A DNA stretch of 64,000 nucleotides from Pirellulaceae bacterium (lineage in GTDB: Bacteria; Planctomycetota; Planctomycetia; Pirellulales; Pirellulaceae), in contig JAWKTM010000007.1 of NCBI GenBank assembly GCA_041399085.1, positions 87,822-151,821 of the forward strand, read 5' to 3'. The notes below the pieces were generated by a model, which was not told where the DNA came from, searched no databases, and saw nothing but the letters and a program-made list of their open reading frames with translations. Positions 9,803-21,438 of this stretch are shown here, one piece after another; position 1 is the first letter of the stretch, and every line of letters begins with the position of its first letter. The position numbers were made by a program, and so were the translations under genes.

Positions 9803-11470
9803 ATGAAACTCGCGAAGGCGTGGATGCTCTCCTTGCTCGCTGTCGTGGCGATGGCCTACGGCGCTCCACGAACAATGGCACAATCCGACCCAGCCGCCAT
9901 GGCGAATCCGACGGTGGGCGCCGGAGCCTCGTATGATCCATTCCAAGCTGCCGCCGCGACGCCATCGCAAGGCATCGTGAAGCAGGCGGCCGCTCCTCAA
10001 ACGCCGGTCGCCTACTCGCGGTCGACGCTCGGCGGCGGCAATCCCTCGGACGCCTCGGCGAATCCTTACGCTCAGTCCGGTCCAGCCGCGATGCCAGGCA
10101 TGATGGGCTCGCCAGGTATGATGGCCGGCGCCGGCATGATGGGTCCGCCCGGAATGATGGGCTCACCGGGAATGATGGGCTCGCCGATGGGAATGCCCCC
10201 GCAAATGATGGGCGGCAGTCCCTATGGTGTGATGCCCGCCTCCTACCAAGATCCAATGGACACGAGCGCCTATTACAACGGCCCGATGATGGGGCCGGAC
10301 ATGGGAACGGCGATGGCGATGGACGGCGGCATGGGAATGTCGGGACCGCCCTGCATGAGTTGCGGCGGTCAAGGCTGTCGGCGTTGCGGGATGCTGGGTG
10401 GCATCGGCAACCGTCATCGCGGCGACTGTTACAACGACGGTTTGCTGGCTCGTCTACTTGGTTGGTTGGTGCCGTACAGCGAAGGCGGCTGCTGTGCTCA
10501 GCGGTATTTCGACGTGCATGCCGAGGCGCTTCAGCTCCGCCGCGAAGAGGTTTCCCGATTCGTGCCATTCACGGCTCAAGGCTTGGCCAATCCGCCGAAC
10601 ATCGTGCTCTCGACCAACGACCTGGATTTTGATGACGAGATCGCCCTTCGTTTTACCGGTGCTTTGCAGATCGGACCGGGCACGACATTCGAGCTCGGCT
10701 ACTTGGGCTTGGCCGAATACCAAGCCAGTGCACAAGTCACCGATCCGAACGGCTTTCTGTTCTCGGTCATCAGCGACTTTGGCACGAACCCGTTCAATGG
10801 CTTCGACGACACGGACCGTTCGCTCCTGCAAAGCCTGGATTACAGCTCGGAATTCGATAGCGTGGAAATGAACGTGCGGCATCGCTGGGTCGGCCCCAAT
10901 TGTCGCGTACAAGGTTCGTGGTTGATGGGCGTGCGATACTTCTGGTTCCGCGAGAACTTGTTGTACTCGACTCGCGGCGACGACGATAACCTGCCTCCCA
11001 TTGATCGCTTCGCCGATTTCACCGTCGGCACGCAAAACAGCTTGACCGGCTTCCAATTGGGCGGCGATGTATGGTCCTGCATCGTTCCGGGCCTGAGCGT
11101 CGGGGCTGAAATGAAGGCCGGCATCTACGGCAACTATGTGAAGCAGAATACGACGATCACCGCCAACTCGATCCCGAATGCGGTTCAAGAAACCGTGCAA
11201 AGCGGCGACGCGGCCTTGATTGCCGAAGCGGGCCTGATGGGCATCTATCGAATGTCCTACTCCTGGACGTTCCGGTTCGGTTATCAGTTCCTGTATGTCG
11301 ATGGAGTAGCTCTGGCTCCCGAGAACTTCAACACGACTCCGCCGGCCGAGTTCTTCCCGATCCCGCCGGATCCATTGTTGAACCCCGAGCTGATTCGCAC
11401 GCCGACGCTCAATCACAATGGCAACGTCTTCTATCACGGTGCCACGGCAGGCTTCGAATATATGTGGTAG
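9803..11470 (+). CDS. Putative outer-membrane beta-barrel protein with a Gly/Met/Pro-rich low-complexity segment
   Basis: Signal peptide MKLAKAWMLSLLAVVAMAYG; MMG/PGMMG repeats; C-terminal alternating beta-strand pattern ending in ...FEYMW (aromatic terminus). Confidence 0.6.
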   Translation: MKLAKAWMLSLLAVVAMAYGAPRTMAQSDPAAMANPTVGAGASYDPFQAAAATPSQGIVKQAAAPQTPVAYSRSTLGGGNPSDASANPYAQSGPAAMPGMMGSPGMMAGAGMMGPPGMMGSPGMMGSPMGMPPQMMGGSPYGVMPASYQDPMDTSAYYNGPMMGPDMGTAMAMDGGMGMSGPPCMSCGGQGCRRCGMLGGIGNRHRGDCYNDGLLARLLGWLVPYSEGGCCAQRYFDVHAEALQLRREEVSRFVPFTAQGLANPPNIVLSTNDLDFDDEIALRFTGALQIGPGTTFELGYLGLAEYQASAQVTDPNGFLFSVISDFGTNPFNGFDDTDRSLLQSLDYSSEFDSVEMNVRHRWVGPNCRVQGSWLMGVRYFWFRENLLYSTRGDDDNLPPIDRFADFTVGTQNSLTGFQLGGDVWSCIVPGLSVGAEMKAGIYGNYVKQNTTITANSIPNAVQETVQSGDAALIAEAGLMGIYRMSYSWTFRFGYQFLYVDGVALAPENFNTTPPAEFFPIPPDPLLNPELIRTPTLNHNGNVFYHGATAGFEYMW

Positions 11471-11502
11471 ACGACTCGGCTCAGGTCAACGATCACGCAC
11501 GA

Positions 11503-11536
11503 AACCCGGCTCTTTCGAGCCGGGTTTTTTCGTTTG
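11503..11536 (+). terminator. Rho-independent terminator
   Basis: GAAACCCGGCTC-TTTC-GAGCCGGGTTTTTTCGTTT directly after the stop at 11470. Confidence 0.75.
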
Positions 11537-11864
11537 CCGACGGGCGTTCGTGGACCGCTGTTACCCACATGCACTGCAAAGGTGTGAGATAAAGGCCACT
11601 CGATAGTGACACGGAACGTCGATCCCGTCCTGTGCGAACGGGAACAATTCGGATTCGGAAAGCGCGCGACTTTGCTCAGTTGGATCGAGTCGTCCATGTC
11701 AACTCCTCGCCGTGTTCAGCAATCTCCGATGTATTCGATCCCACCGTGTCGCGGTCCGAGGTTTGCAACCCATTGTTGATGCCGAATCGAGCCGCCGCGA
11801 ATCTCACGGCACGGGACGCGACGCGCAAGCGGCTCGACGGCACCGAAATCGGGAGGGCACTCCG

Positions 11865-12281
11865 ATGACCGTCAAACAGATTTTAGTGCCGACGGACTTC
11901 TCTCCATCGGCCGAAGCGGCATTGAGGTATGCCACGCTCTTGGCACACGAGACCGACGCGACGTTGGCCGTGCTTCATGTACATGCGACGCCCGCGCTAA
12001 AAGGGGCGGAAGATGACCTTCACGATTCCGAAGCGGCAAAGGCCCGCGAGCGGTTGCGAGCTGTCGAGCCGTTGGGGCATGCCGTGGCCATCGAACATCA
12101 TTTCGTGGTCGGTCAACCGTCCGAGGTGATCCATCGATTGGCCGAGCGGCTTGAGGTGGACGCGGTCGTGATGGGAGCACACGGCGAGACGGATTCGCCG
12201 CACGTGTTGTTAGGCGCAGTCGCCTCGGCGGTACTTGCCAAGGCCACAACGCCAGTGCTTACCGTGAAGTTGCCAAAGTAG
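11865..12281 (+). CDS. Universal stress protein (UspA family)
   Basis: MTVKQILVPTDFSPSAEAAL... and VVMGAHGETDSPHVLLGAVASAVLAKATTPVL. Confidence 0.85.
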   Translation: MTVKQILVPTDFSPSAEAALRYATLLAHETDATLAVLHVHATPALKGAEDDLHDSEAAKARERLRAVEPLGHAVAIEHHFVVGQPSEVIHRLAERLEVDAVVMGAHGETDSPHVLLGAVASAVLAKATTPVLTVKLPK

Positions 12282-12295
12282 ACGTCGCCAAACAA

Positions 12296-13231
12296 CTACG
12301 CATCGGCAATGACGGCGATTTCCACACGCGTGGTCAACGACTCGTTGGGCTGCCGTCTTTAGGCCCGAAGAGACGCCTCGCGATTCCAAATACAAAATGG
12401 ATCAGGTAACAAGTATAAGGCTCGACACAGATCGCTTCGCGGTGGGCGGGTGTAGACGACGCAGGCGGTGTTGAGTTCATCGAATCAGGTTTCAGTGTGC
12501 GTTTGGCCGCGGGATCCACGATCGACGATTCATATTTGGTGTCGCTCTTTCCAAACCGCTGAAGACATCGTCGAACGTGGCGTCATGAACAGAATGCTGG
12601 CAGCGAAGCGGCTAAGAATCCGACGGCACACACTGGCCCGTGGGAACCATGTTTTGCAAAGGCCAATGATCGCGGACGGGGACTTGGACCCGACATTCGC
12701 CCGCGTCGTTTCCACCCAGTGGCAAGCGGAAATAAGGATGCGCGCCGAAACCGAACGGCGGGGGATCAGCCCGGGTTTTCGAATGTGAGTGCTAGTGTGA
12801 GTCGATCGTCGCTCAGCTCATAGGTGGCCGTGATCCGAAAGTCGCTGGGCCAGCGTTCTAATGACGGGTCGTCGACGGAAGCTTGGAACTGGCCCACGAC
12901 GGCGTCTCGCTTTGCTCCGCAGTCACTAGCCGGTGACGTGATCAGTGAAACCAGATGCCATTGCCGCGACCATCGGCGGCTTCAACGGATACGTCTTATC
13001 TTGCCAAGTGAAAGACGTCCCGGGCCAACGACCAGGGAACGGGAACAACAATGGAATCCCGCTGCCCGACGGACGTTGCTCGGGATCGACGCCGAATCCC
13101 AGCGCTGACCCCAAAATGCGTCGGTCGTTTGTCCGGCGACGACGGCTTTGAATTCGTAGCAGTTGAATCCTAAATGAGCCGCGATGCGAGCCGACGCGCC
13201 CGGCGGCGGTGCGAAGTGTGATGGGGTTCAT
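12296..13231 (-). pseudogene. Aldose 1-epimerase-family gene, frameshifted
   Basis: Minus-strand frames give FGAHPYFRLPLGGN (a GxHPYF hallmark) and GIPLLFPFPGRW, but these lie in different frames with stops between. Confidence 0.5.
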
Positions 13232-14320
13232 GGTTGTGAGGTTTTCTGGAGTGATAAGTTGGGACCGCTGATGGTCGCTGAGGAATGGTGTTTGTGAAGC
13301 GTGGTTGTGAGAGTGCGGGTAACTTCGACCGCCGGTTTCTCTGGTTGTGGGTACAGCACGCGAGATGGGAGGGCATGGCTCGAGCGTTCCCGGTCATCAA
13401 TACGACGACCACGACCATCAGCGAGACGGCTCGATGAATTGAGTTGCGATCGGTGTCTCCCATTGCCACGCCAGCCAGCCGGTGCATTAGATGGAATGCC
13501 AACAACAGCGAAGCGGCGGAGCAGCACGGTCCCCACAAGATCGCCGCCCATTAATCGCCTTAATGCCGGCGAGGGCAGTTGCGTCATGAACCAGAATCCG
13601 ACGATCACTTGTAACAGCGTCGGCGCGAGCGCCCAGCGCGGCTCCCACACGGCATCGCGGTTGTCTGCCGAAGGCGACGGCCGTTCGCTCGTCGAATTGC
13701 CGGCCGTGTTATCGGGCCCTGTTTCCTGCGGCTGCGATTGGTTGGCTCGCCGCAGCGAAATCGCCATCGCCGCACCGGCCACGGCAAACGCGGCCAGAAC
13801 GAGAAGTGCAACGCTCGCGTGTAAACCGCTGGGTCGCTCATCAGACCGCGAAACGCCGCAGCGTCGATCACTTCCGGCGCGTCTCGGCCCAAGGAATCCA
13901 GATCGGAAAGCACGATGAACAGAAACGTAAAGTGATACAGCAAATTCGTGCTGGCCAGGAACGCCAGGAACATGCGAACCAACCGCAGCGCCGCGCCGGT
14001 CGCTGGCTTCCAACGCCACAACAACCAATGAGCCACCATCAGGACCAGCAGGAAAACAGCAGTTCCCAACCGCCGAAATAGACTTTCGAGTTCAGGCGGC
14101 TGGTGCTGGGCGTACTCAGGCGACCAATGCAACCAACCCAGCACCAAGCCGAGCACCATGCCCAGCAGATACAGCCCCAACGACCAGGCAGCCAGGCTTC
14201 TTCCCGAATGTCCGGCCAGCGCGTCGCGCCGCTCGCGCTTGAAAATCCAGCCACACGCAGATCATTGGCCCGGCGGAAGCGACGTTCATGCACAGCAGTG
14301 AACGGACAGCGTCGCGACAA
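13228..14320 (-). pseudogene. Polytopic membrane protein, frameshifted (possible CPBP/CAAX-protease-like)
   Basis: Overlapping minus ORFs (13228..14028, 13605..14180, 14039..14320) each encode hydrophobic helices. The family assignment is tentative. Confidence 0.3.
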
Positions 14321-14545
14321 TCAATAACACAGCAAAGTTGCACCGTCGAGTTCGAGTAAGCCTTCGCTCCATCGCCCAAATGTTATATCCATTCGACCGC
14401 CGACAAGGCGAACAGTCTACCCGCCGCGCGGCCGGATTGGCTATTAGGTGGCCGAACGACTGGTTATACTCGACCGTTTACGCCGCCGCGGCGAACGCGC
14501 CGCGGTCGTCTTTCCACCAGAAGGTACATTCCTGCCTTGGATTCG

Positions 14546-15789
14546 GAGTTCGTCGATGAAAAGCTCGTTGCTGTCGCTCGTCGCGTTGTTGCTGTTGCCG
14601 ATCTGCTCAGGCCGAAAACTGGCCTAACTGGCGCCCCGGATTGAACGGAGTCGCTCCTGGCGAAGGATATGCGACCGAGTGGAGCACGACCAAAGACGTC
14701 GATTGGCACATCGCATTGCCCGGACGCGGCTTGCCCTCGACGCCGATTGTGTGAGGCGATCGCATCTTTCTGACTTGCGGCATTGATGCCAGAACGCCGT
14801 CCTTTGTTACGACCGCTCGGGCAGCAGCTTTGGGAGCGACGGTTGGGCGACGAACGCGGCAAGCACCGAAGGCCAGCGGCAGCAATCCGTCGGCAGTGAC
14901 CGACGGCCAGCAAGTGTTCGTCTACTTCAAGAGCGGCGATTTGGCCGCGTTGAGTTTCGATGGCCAGTCGCTTGGCAAACGAATCTGCAAGATCGTTTCG
15001 GCGAAGACACGTTGTGGTGGGACCTCGGCACCTCGCCGGTGCTGACCAAAGACGCGGTGGTCGTGGCGGTGATGCAGACCGGGCAAATCACTTGGTCGCA
15101 TTTGACAAGAGCAATGGCGAACTGTTGTGGAAGAAGATCGCAACTTGGACGCGCCCGAAGAGGCAGCTCAAAGCTATTCGACGCCCGTTGTCTTGACCGG
15201 GGAAACTGGATCAAAAAGCTAATCGTGCTCGGCGCTGACCACGTGACGGCTCATGATGCGGCCACGGGCAAAGACTGTGGCGCGTGGGCGGGTTGAATCC
15301 GACCGGCCATAAGTTTTTCCGATCGATTGCCTCGCCGGTCGTGTCCGACGGCATCGTGGTCGCGCCGTATGCTCGCGCTGCTTCGCTGACGGCCATCAAG
15401 CTGGGCGAAAAGAGCGACATCACCAGTCGCAATCATTTGGGAACGCGAAAACATTTCGGCCGACGTGCCGACGCCGGCCGCCGTGAACTGGACGCGTGTA
15501 TGTCTGCACCGATAAGGCGGTCGCTTGCCTGAATATCGAATCCGGCGAAACGATTTGGACCGGCGAGTTGGAGAAGAACCGCAACGCGTACAGTTCGTCG
15601 CCGATCTTGGCCGACGGCAAAATCTACATCACCCGCGAGGACGGCGTGACGTTCGTGCTGGCACAGGGGGATGAATTCAAGGTGCTGGCTCGCAACGAAC
15701 TCGAAGGCATGATCGTGGCTACGCCCGTTTTCGTGGACGGCAAGATCTTGATCCGCACGTTCGAGAACCTCTTCTGCATCGGCAACTAG
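14546..15789 (+). pseudogene. PQQ-like beta-propeller repeat protein (BamB-like), multiply frameshifted
   Basis: Signal peptide MKSSLLSLVALLLL. Successive plus ORFs in three frames carry propeller segments (QQVFVYFKSGDLAALSFDG; VAFDKSNGELLWKK; intact C-terminus 15496..15789 ...GKIYITREDGVTFVLA...VDGKILIRT). In-frame stops are present. Confidence 0.6.
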
Positions 15790-15799
15790 GTTTGCCAAC

Positions 15800-16450
15800 A
15801 ATCTCTGCTGGGATCTGTGAGACTTGCCCTATCACAGTTCAACCAATGGCCGGAATGCATTTTGACCACGAAGGAGACAGAGGGCACGAAGGAAAGGCAG
15901 GGAAAAGAGTAGATACCCTGTCGCACTCGATGGGCGATATCGCCTGTCCAAATAAATACAACAGGCTAACCGCCATTTCCTTCGTGCTCTTCGTGTCCTT
16001 CGTGGTTTAGTATTCGAGTATCGATAAAATTCTTCGAGTGAAAACTTGATTTCTTGAACCTAACGTCACCAGCGGACATAAGGATAACGATGACTTAGCT
16101 GACTCAACTCTCTACACCGCGATTCATTATGTCTCCTAGTTCTCTGTTTAACTTAAGTATAAGATATTACTGTCGATGCCCCGCGGCCGAATTGATCCAT
16201 TGTACACGCGAGCGATGGAAAATCCGAAACGGGTGATTTTTCCGAGCCATATTGCTGACAAGCCAGTCAATTCAGGAAACAGCAAGCGACGTTATCATTT
16301 GCAAGCCAAGGACGCAAATACCGAATTAATAATGTTTCGCTATACCAATTGGAGACATCGCGGCCGAACCGCACAGAATTCTGAATCAGACAGAAGCCGA
16401 TGAAACTTGGCGTCTGATATTAATTTTTGATGGCCTTGGAATTGACTATT
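15800..16450. other. AT-rich (~45% GC) non-coding island with an imperfect inverted repeat (GCACGAAGGAAAGGCAG ... CCGCCATTTCCTTCGTGC, ~15877-15990)
   Basis: Sharp compositional contrast with the flanks; no convincing ORF. Confidence 0.5.
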
Positions 16451-17011
16451 AATTCCGCACGGTGGTCCAAGTCAGCGAATTCAGGTTGAGATTCCGAGCC
16501 ATATCCGTTCGGACGGGTTAGCGATTGACAAGACCGGCCGGGACGCGATTCGATCAAGGTGCTGGCGGACCGCGACGGCGACGGTCGAGCCGAGCAAATC
16601 ACAACGTTTCGCCGACCAGCTAAACATTCCCATCGGCCTCTATCCCTATCGTGATGGCGTGGTCGCCTACAGCATTCAACATTTGGCATTTCGCCGACAC
16701 CGATGGCGACGGCCAATGCGCGGATCGGCGCGAAATCCTGTACGGGCCGCTCGGCGAACCACGCGATGCGGCATGCAGAATGGATTTCGACGCGGCTTCG
16801 ACGGCTGGCTGTATATGAATCGGTTTTAATAATGAGACCACCATCACAGGCGGCGATGGCAGTTCCATCAAGCTGCGCAGCGGGAACTCATACCGCATTC
16901 GTCTGGATGGCTCGCGAGTGGAACAGTTCACTTGGGGGCAAGTGAATCCGTTCGGCAGTACTTTTCTTCCTGACGGAGATTTGGTGAACGCGGATTGCCA
17001 TAGCAAAACCT
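16440..17011 (+). pseudogene. Frameshifted N-terminal beta-propeller segment of the downstream dehydrogenase-HEAT-cytochrome c gene
   Basis: Translations in shifting frames read IDKTGRDAIRIKVLADRDGDGRAEQITTFADQLNIPIGLYPYRDGVVAYSIPNIWHFADTDGDGQCADRREILYGPLGEP...GSRVEQFTWGQVNPFGSTFLPDGDLVNADCHSKTFVVV. This continues into ORF 17012..19813. Confidence 0.55.
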
Positions 17012-19813
17012 TTGTCGTTGTTATTGCGAGGCGGATACTATCCCAGCTTTGGCAAGCCTGATGATGGATTGGGTTTCGTCCAACCGATCATGGACCACAG
17101 CCACGGTTCGACCGCCATCGCTGGCGCCGCGGTTTGCACGTCACCCGCTTGGCCCGCTGAGTATCACGGCCGATTGTTTGTAGGGAACGTGATGACTTGC
17201 CGAGTCCACATGGATCGTCTGGACTACACCGGCTCGACAATGCACGCGGTCGAGCAGCCTGATTTTCTGGTCTGCGATGATCCTTGGTTTCGCCCGGTCG
17301 ATCTGCGGTTCGGACCGGACGGGGCTTTGTATATTGCTGATTTTTACAATCGCATCATTGGCCACTATGAAGTGCCGCTGGATCATCCGCAGCGGGATCG
17401 GCATCGAGGCCGCATTTGGCGGGTCGTGTATGTGGGCGAAGCGGGTGATGCGAACGGCGGCGAAGCGGTCCCGGATTTGAATTTGGCGACGGCTGGCGTT
17501 GACGCGTTGATCGAAATGCTGGGTGATCCGAATTTGACGCGCCGCGAGTTGGCCGCCGACCAGTTGAGCGATCGCATTGGTTCGTCAGCTGTGGAAGCTT
17601 TGCGAAAGGCGGCCGCGGATGCGTCGAACGCGTGGCGACGAATTCATGCCGGCTGGTTGTTGCAGCGACTGGGGCAGTTAGACGAGACGCTCCTGTTGGC
17701 GGCGACTCGCGATCGAGATTGGCTAGTTCGCACGCATGCGATGCGCGTGGCCGCGGAGCGGAGCGATTGGAGCCAGCCGTTGCGCGAGGCAGCTTTCGAC
17801 TTGCTGCGCGACGAACATCCCCGCGTGCGCCGAGCGGCCGCGGACGCCTTGGGGCAACATCCGCACGCGTCGGCTGTCGCGGCTCTGTTGGCCGCGTTGG
17901 CCAAAGCGCCGACAGACGACGCCCACTTGCGGCAAATGATCCGTATTGCCTTGCGAAATCAGCTTCGTGATTCTCCAGCGTTTCCCGCGCTGGAGGCCAA
18001 CGCGGCTTCGGCCGATCTCGATGCGCTGGCCGACATCGCCGTGGCCGTACCCAACGAGCAAGCCGCCGGCTTTCTGGTCAGTTATTTGAAGAAGAAACGC
18101 GAGTCGGCCGAAACGCGGCCCGCGAATTCCGATCGCACGTTGCGGCTGCTCAGCCACGCGGCGCGCTACCTGCCGGCCGATCAGGTTTCGTCGTTGGTCC
18201 AACTAGCCCGCGAGACCACGGTAGATGATCTCGATCTGCAGAGTTCGATCATCTCGACGGTTCGCGAATCGCTGGCTCGCCGTGGGCTTGAGCCCAACGA
18301 GGATTTCCGACGCTGGGCCGCCGACGTTGCCGGCCAGCTACTCGATACCGACGCGGCTCGGCAAACTGCTTGGACCAGCGTTTCGGGCGACAATCCTTGG
18401 GATCTGGAACGTCGAAACTCGGCGGACGGCCAGACCGGCGATTGGTTTCTCAGCAGTTTGCCGGGCGGCGAGCAGAAGACGGGAGTGCTTCGATCGCCCG
18501 CGTTCGTCATTCCACCGACGCTGGAGTTCTTTCTGTGCGGACATCGCGGTTTTCCCGATCAGCCGGCCAGTGACGCAAATCGAGTCCGTTTGCGATTGGT
18601 CGACGATGGCCGCGTAATCGCCGAAGCGATGCCGCCTCGCAACGATACGGCACAACGCGTGCATTGGGATTTGGCGGAGTTCGCGGGCCAACAAGGTCAG
18701 ATCGAACTGATCGACGGCATGAACATCAACGCCTACGCGTGGCTGGCCGTCGCTCGATTCCAACCGTCGGTGGTTCGCATCCCCACCAGCTCGCCGCGTT
18801 TGGTCGACGAACGTCGGACAACGGCGCTGGATCTGGTCGACGCGTTGAAGCTGAACGAGCTGAAACCGCAAGTCCGCGAATTGATGCTCACAGCCGATCT
18901 GCCCTCGACGATCGCCGCGCGAGCCGCCAATTCGTTACTCGCCACGCGATCGTCGGCGGAGCTTAACGCGTTGACGCCGCTGTTGACGGAAAGCGGAGTC
19001 CGGCCAGAGCTGCAGGCTCGCGTCGTTCGATCGATCGAACAATGGACGGTTGCCGACCACAACTCCGTCGGTTCGCCAGATGCCGATGGGGCAGCCGCGG
19101 AAGAGCATCTGGCCTTGTTGCGCGAGGCACTGCGATCGGCTCCGACCGGACTGCAACAGACGCTGGCCGAACGACTAGCCGCATCGACTGCCGGCGCCGA
19201 CCGGTTGCTAATGATGATCGAGCAAGGCCACGCATCGGCCCGATTGCTGCAACAGCCGAACATTCAGCAGAAATTGTCGGCTTCGAGCGTGGAGCAACTG
19301 GAACAGCGAATCGCCAAACTGACCACCGGGTTGCCCGCCGTCGACGAACAACTTGCGAAGCTGCTGGTCGATCGCATCGCGGCATTCCACTCCGCTTCGC
19401 CTTCGCTCGAAAATGGCCAGCGGCTGTTTACCAAACATTGTGCCGCTTGTCATCAGATCGGCGGACAAGGAGCGATGGTCGGTCCGCAACTAGATGGGAT
19501 CGGCCTGCGAGGCGTGCCGCGGTTGGTTGAAGATGTTTTGGATCCGAATCGCAACGTCGACGCCGCCTTCCGCACCGTCGTGTTGGCGATGGAGGACGGA
19601 CGAGTGCTGACGGGCCTGCCCCGGCGCGAGGAAGGCGAATCGCTAATATTTGCCAACCAAGAAGGCAAAGAGTTCTCGGTGACTCGATCCGCGATCGACG
19701 TTCAGCGGCTTTCGCCGCTGTCGCTAATGCCCGCCAACCTCTCGACCACTTTAAGTCCCGCCGAGTTTAACGACCTGCTGGGCTATCTCTTGAGCCAGCA
19801 GAAGGCTCGTTAA
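17012..19813 (+). CDS. PVC-type membrane-bound dehydrogenase domain / HEAT-repeat / c-type cytochrome protein (C-terminal 933 aa intact)
   Basis: Propeller end (FRPVDLRFGPDGALYIADFYNRIIGHYEVPL), HEAT repeats (HPRVRRAAADALG), CxxCH haem motif TKHCAACHQIGGQG. Paralogous to 46639..50220 and 55297..59230. Confidence 0.75.
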   Translation: MSLLLRGGYYPSFGKPDDGLGFVQPIMDHSHGSTAIAGAAVCTSPAWPAEYHGRLFVGNVMTCRVHMDRLDYTGSTMHAVEQPDFLVCDDPWFRPVDLRFGPDGALYIADFYNRIIGHYEVPLDHPQRDRHRGRIWRVVYVGEAGDANGGEAVPDLNLATAGVDALIEMLGDPNLTRRELAADQLSDRIGSSAVEALRKAAADASNAWRRIHAGWLLQRLGQLDETLLLAATRDRDWLVRTHAMRVAAERSDWSQPLREAAFDLLRDEHPRVRRAAADALGQHPHASAVAALLAALAKAPTDDAHLRQMIRIALRNQLRDSPAFPALEANAASADLDALADIAVAVPNEQAAGFLVSYLKKKRESAETRPANSDRTLRLLSHAARYLPADQVSSLVQLARETTVDDLDLQSSIISTVRESLARRGLEPNEDFRRWAADVAGQLLDTDAARQTAWTSVSGDNPWDLERRNSADGQTGDWFLSSLPGGEQKTGVLRSPAFVIPPTLEFFLCGHRGFPDQPASDANRVRLRLVDDGRVIAEAMPPRNDTAQRVHWDLAEFAGQQGQIELIDGMNINAYAWLAVARFQPSVVRIPTSSPRLVDERRTTALDLVDALKLNELKPQVRELMLTADLPSTIAARAANSLLATRSSAELNALTPLLTESGVRPELQARVVRSIEQWTVADHNSVGSPDADGAAAEEHLALLREALRSAPTGLQQTLAERLAASTAGADRLLMMIEQGHASARLLQQPNIQQKLSASSVEQLEQRIAKLTTGLPAVDEQLAKLLVDRIAAFHSASPSLENGQRLFTKHCAACHQIGGQGAMVGPQLDGIGLRGVPRLVEDVLDPNRNVDAAFRTVVLAMEDGRVLTGLPRREEGESLIFANQEGKEFSVTRSAIDVQRLSPLSLMPANLSTTLSPAEFNDLLGYLLSQQKAR

Positions 19814-19873
19814 AACTCGACAACGCCGAAAGTCGACGCCGCTCAAAAACGTGGTTCATTTCAATACGGACTC

Positions 19874-21438
19874 TTAAAAGAATCCGCCGCCACCGACGGG
19901 CGCCATTGTAGCGTCCGGACCCGGAATCCCTAATGCCCCAAGGATTTCCACTACGCGGCGATGCACGATGGGGTTGCCTTTGACCACAATCGTGCCCGGA
20001 GCGAGCGGCTCGACATAGGTGGTGGTGGGCCATTGACGAAAGTAGGTTCTCAATTCGCGCTCGAGCACCGCGATCACCTGCTTTCCTTCGTGAGCTACGA
20101 GTCCTTGTTCGTCGATCAAGCGGTAGGTTTTCAATTGGTTTGACAGCCCAATTGCATTCGCGTTGTCCGCGACCGCCTCATCGCCAACCGTGTGTGCCGA
20201 TCGCAGTTCATTGATAACGGACTCCAACTCTTGATGAATCTGGCTTGTTTGGGAAACGACGAGAGCCGGCGGATACGCCCACAATGCAATCGCTCCGGGG
20301 CCGCCGACTTCATCCCAGGACTCGGGATGAACCACCATTAGCGCCGCTCTCAATTCAACAACGCCGGAACTATCTTCCAAGTCGTTAAGCAAGTCGTAAA
20401 TCGGATAAATCCGAGTCCGTAAGTTCTGCTCACATACTTCGACGGTCGTAATTTGAATGACTTCATTGTGAATGGTGTAAACCAAATCCACGGTTCGCAA
20501 CATGCGCTGCAAAATACTGCTCGCCTTCGCCTTGGCGGAAAGTGTCACGGCCACATCCGGCTCGATTCCAATGGCTTCCAGTGACACCGTGTCGATCACA
20601 ATCGGCGCGCCCACTTGTTCGGCGAGGAAGGTCGCCGCGTCGGTAAGTGGAGTTTGTACGAAATCTACCTCGATCTTGCGGTCGAGCTGACGGGCGATTT
20701 GCTGTTCGACTTCGTGATTGGTTTCCACGACTCGGGTCAAATCCACGGGCTTCTGAGGTTGTTTCGCAAAACGGTCTTTTAGTGTCCTCAACGACTTGAG
20801 TAGTGTCTCAATTTCCCGGTGTGCGGCCTGTGTTTGGCTGACCACCAGTTTACCTTGCGATCCTCTTGCTTCACCTGGTCCACCAACGCTGGCCCAAGAA
20901 TCCATGGCGATTGTTTGCTCGATTAGGTCGATCAATTGTTGAGTGTCGTAATACGCGGCATCTCCGTCGGCCGCGCGCACACCGACCAGATCCTGGACGG
21001 GATAGACGTGGACTGGCAAATTCGTTTCGGCGGTCGTGGGAGTTGTGATGACTAAGAACTCGTCCTCAATAACAAACGTCAATGCCAATGGCTTGAACAT
21101 CAGCCGCAGAGCCGACCGTAGACTTACATCCCTGATGCCGAGCGTGTGACGGGATGATCCGTGGCGATCCCTTCGTCGCTCAAGGCCAATTCGTCAATTA
21201 AGACGTTGATGTCTTGTGCGTCGAAGGGATGTACGCCGCGACATCGTTTAGCGGCGTGTCGATGAATTCAAACTTACCTTTGGCGTCTGTGCGCCTTCTC
21301 AACGACGCCCACTTTCGGCGACTTCGCGGAACTGGTTGGCGAATTGTCCGCCTCTTGGGCCAGACCGGAACTCGCGAAAAACGTGGCTGAAACACACAAC
21401 CATCCGAAGCACAAACCCCAACTAACGATCTGTCGCAT
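19874..21438 (-). CDS. Secreted protein with three tandem ~150-190-aa repeats (FxF/DTPL...WxxVGGPG...LVVSQT module); one apparent frameshift near 21100-21280
   Basis: Intact 408-aa ORF 19874..21100 has two repeats. The upstream ORFs (signal peptide MRQIVSWGLCFGWLCVSATFFASSGLAQ and KFEFIDTPLNDVAAY) form a third module in other frames. Confidence 0.6.

Noticed and set aside
17632-18617. Multiple internal ORFs within the 933-aa dehydrogenase-HEAT-cytochrome gene
   Set aside because: Alternative-frame artefacts of a GC-rich coding region.
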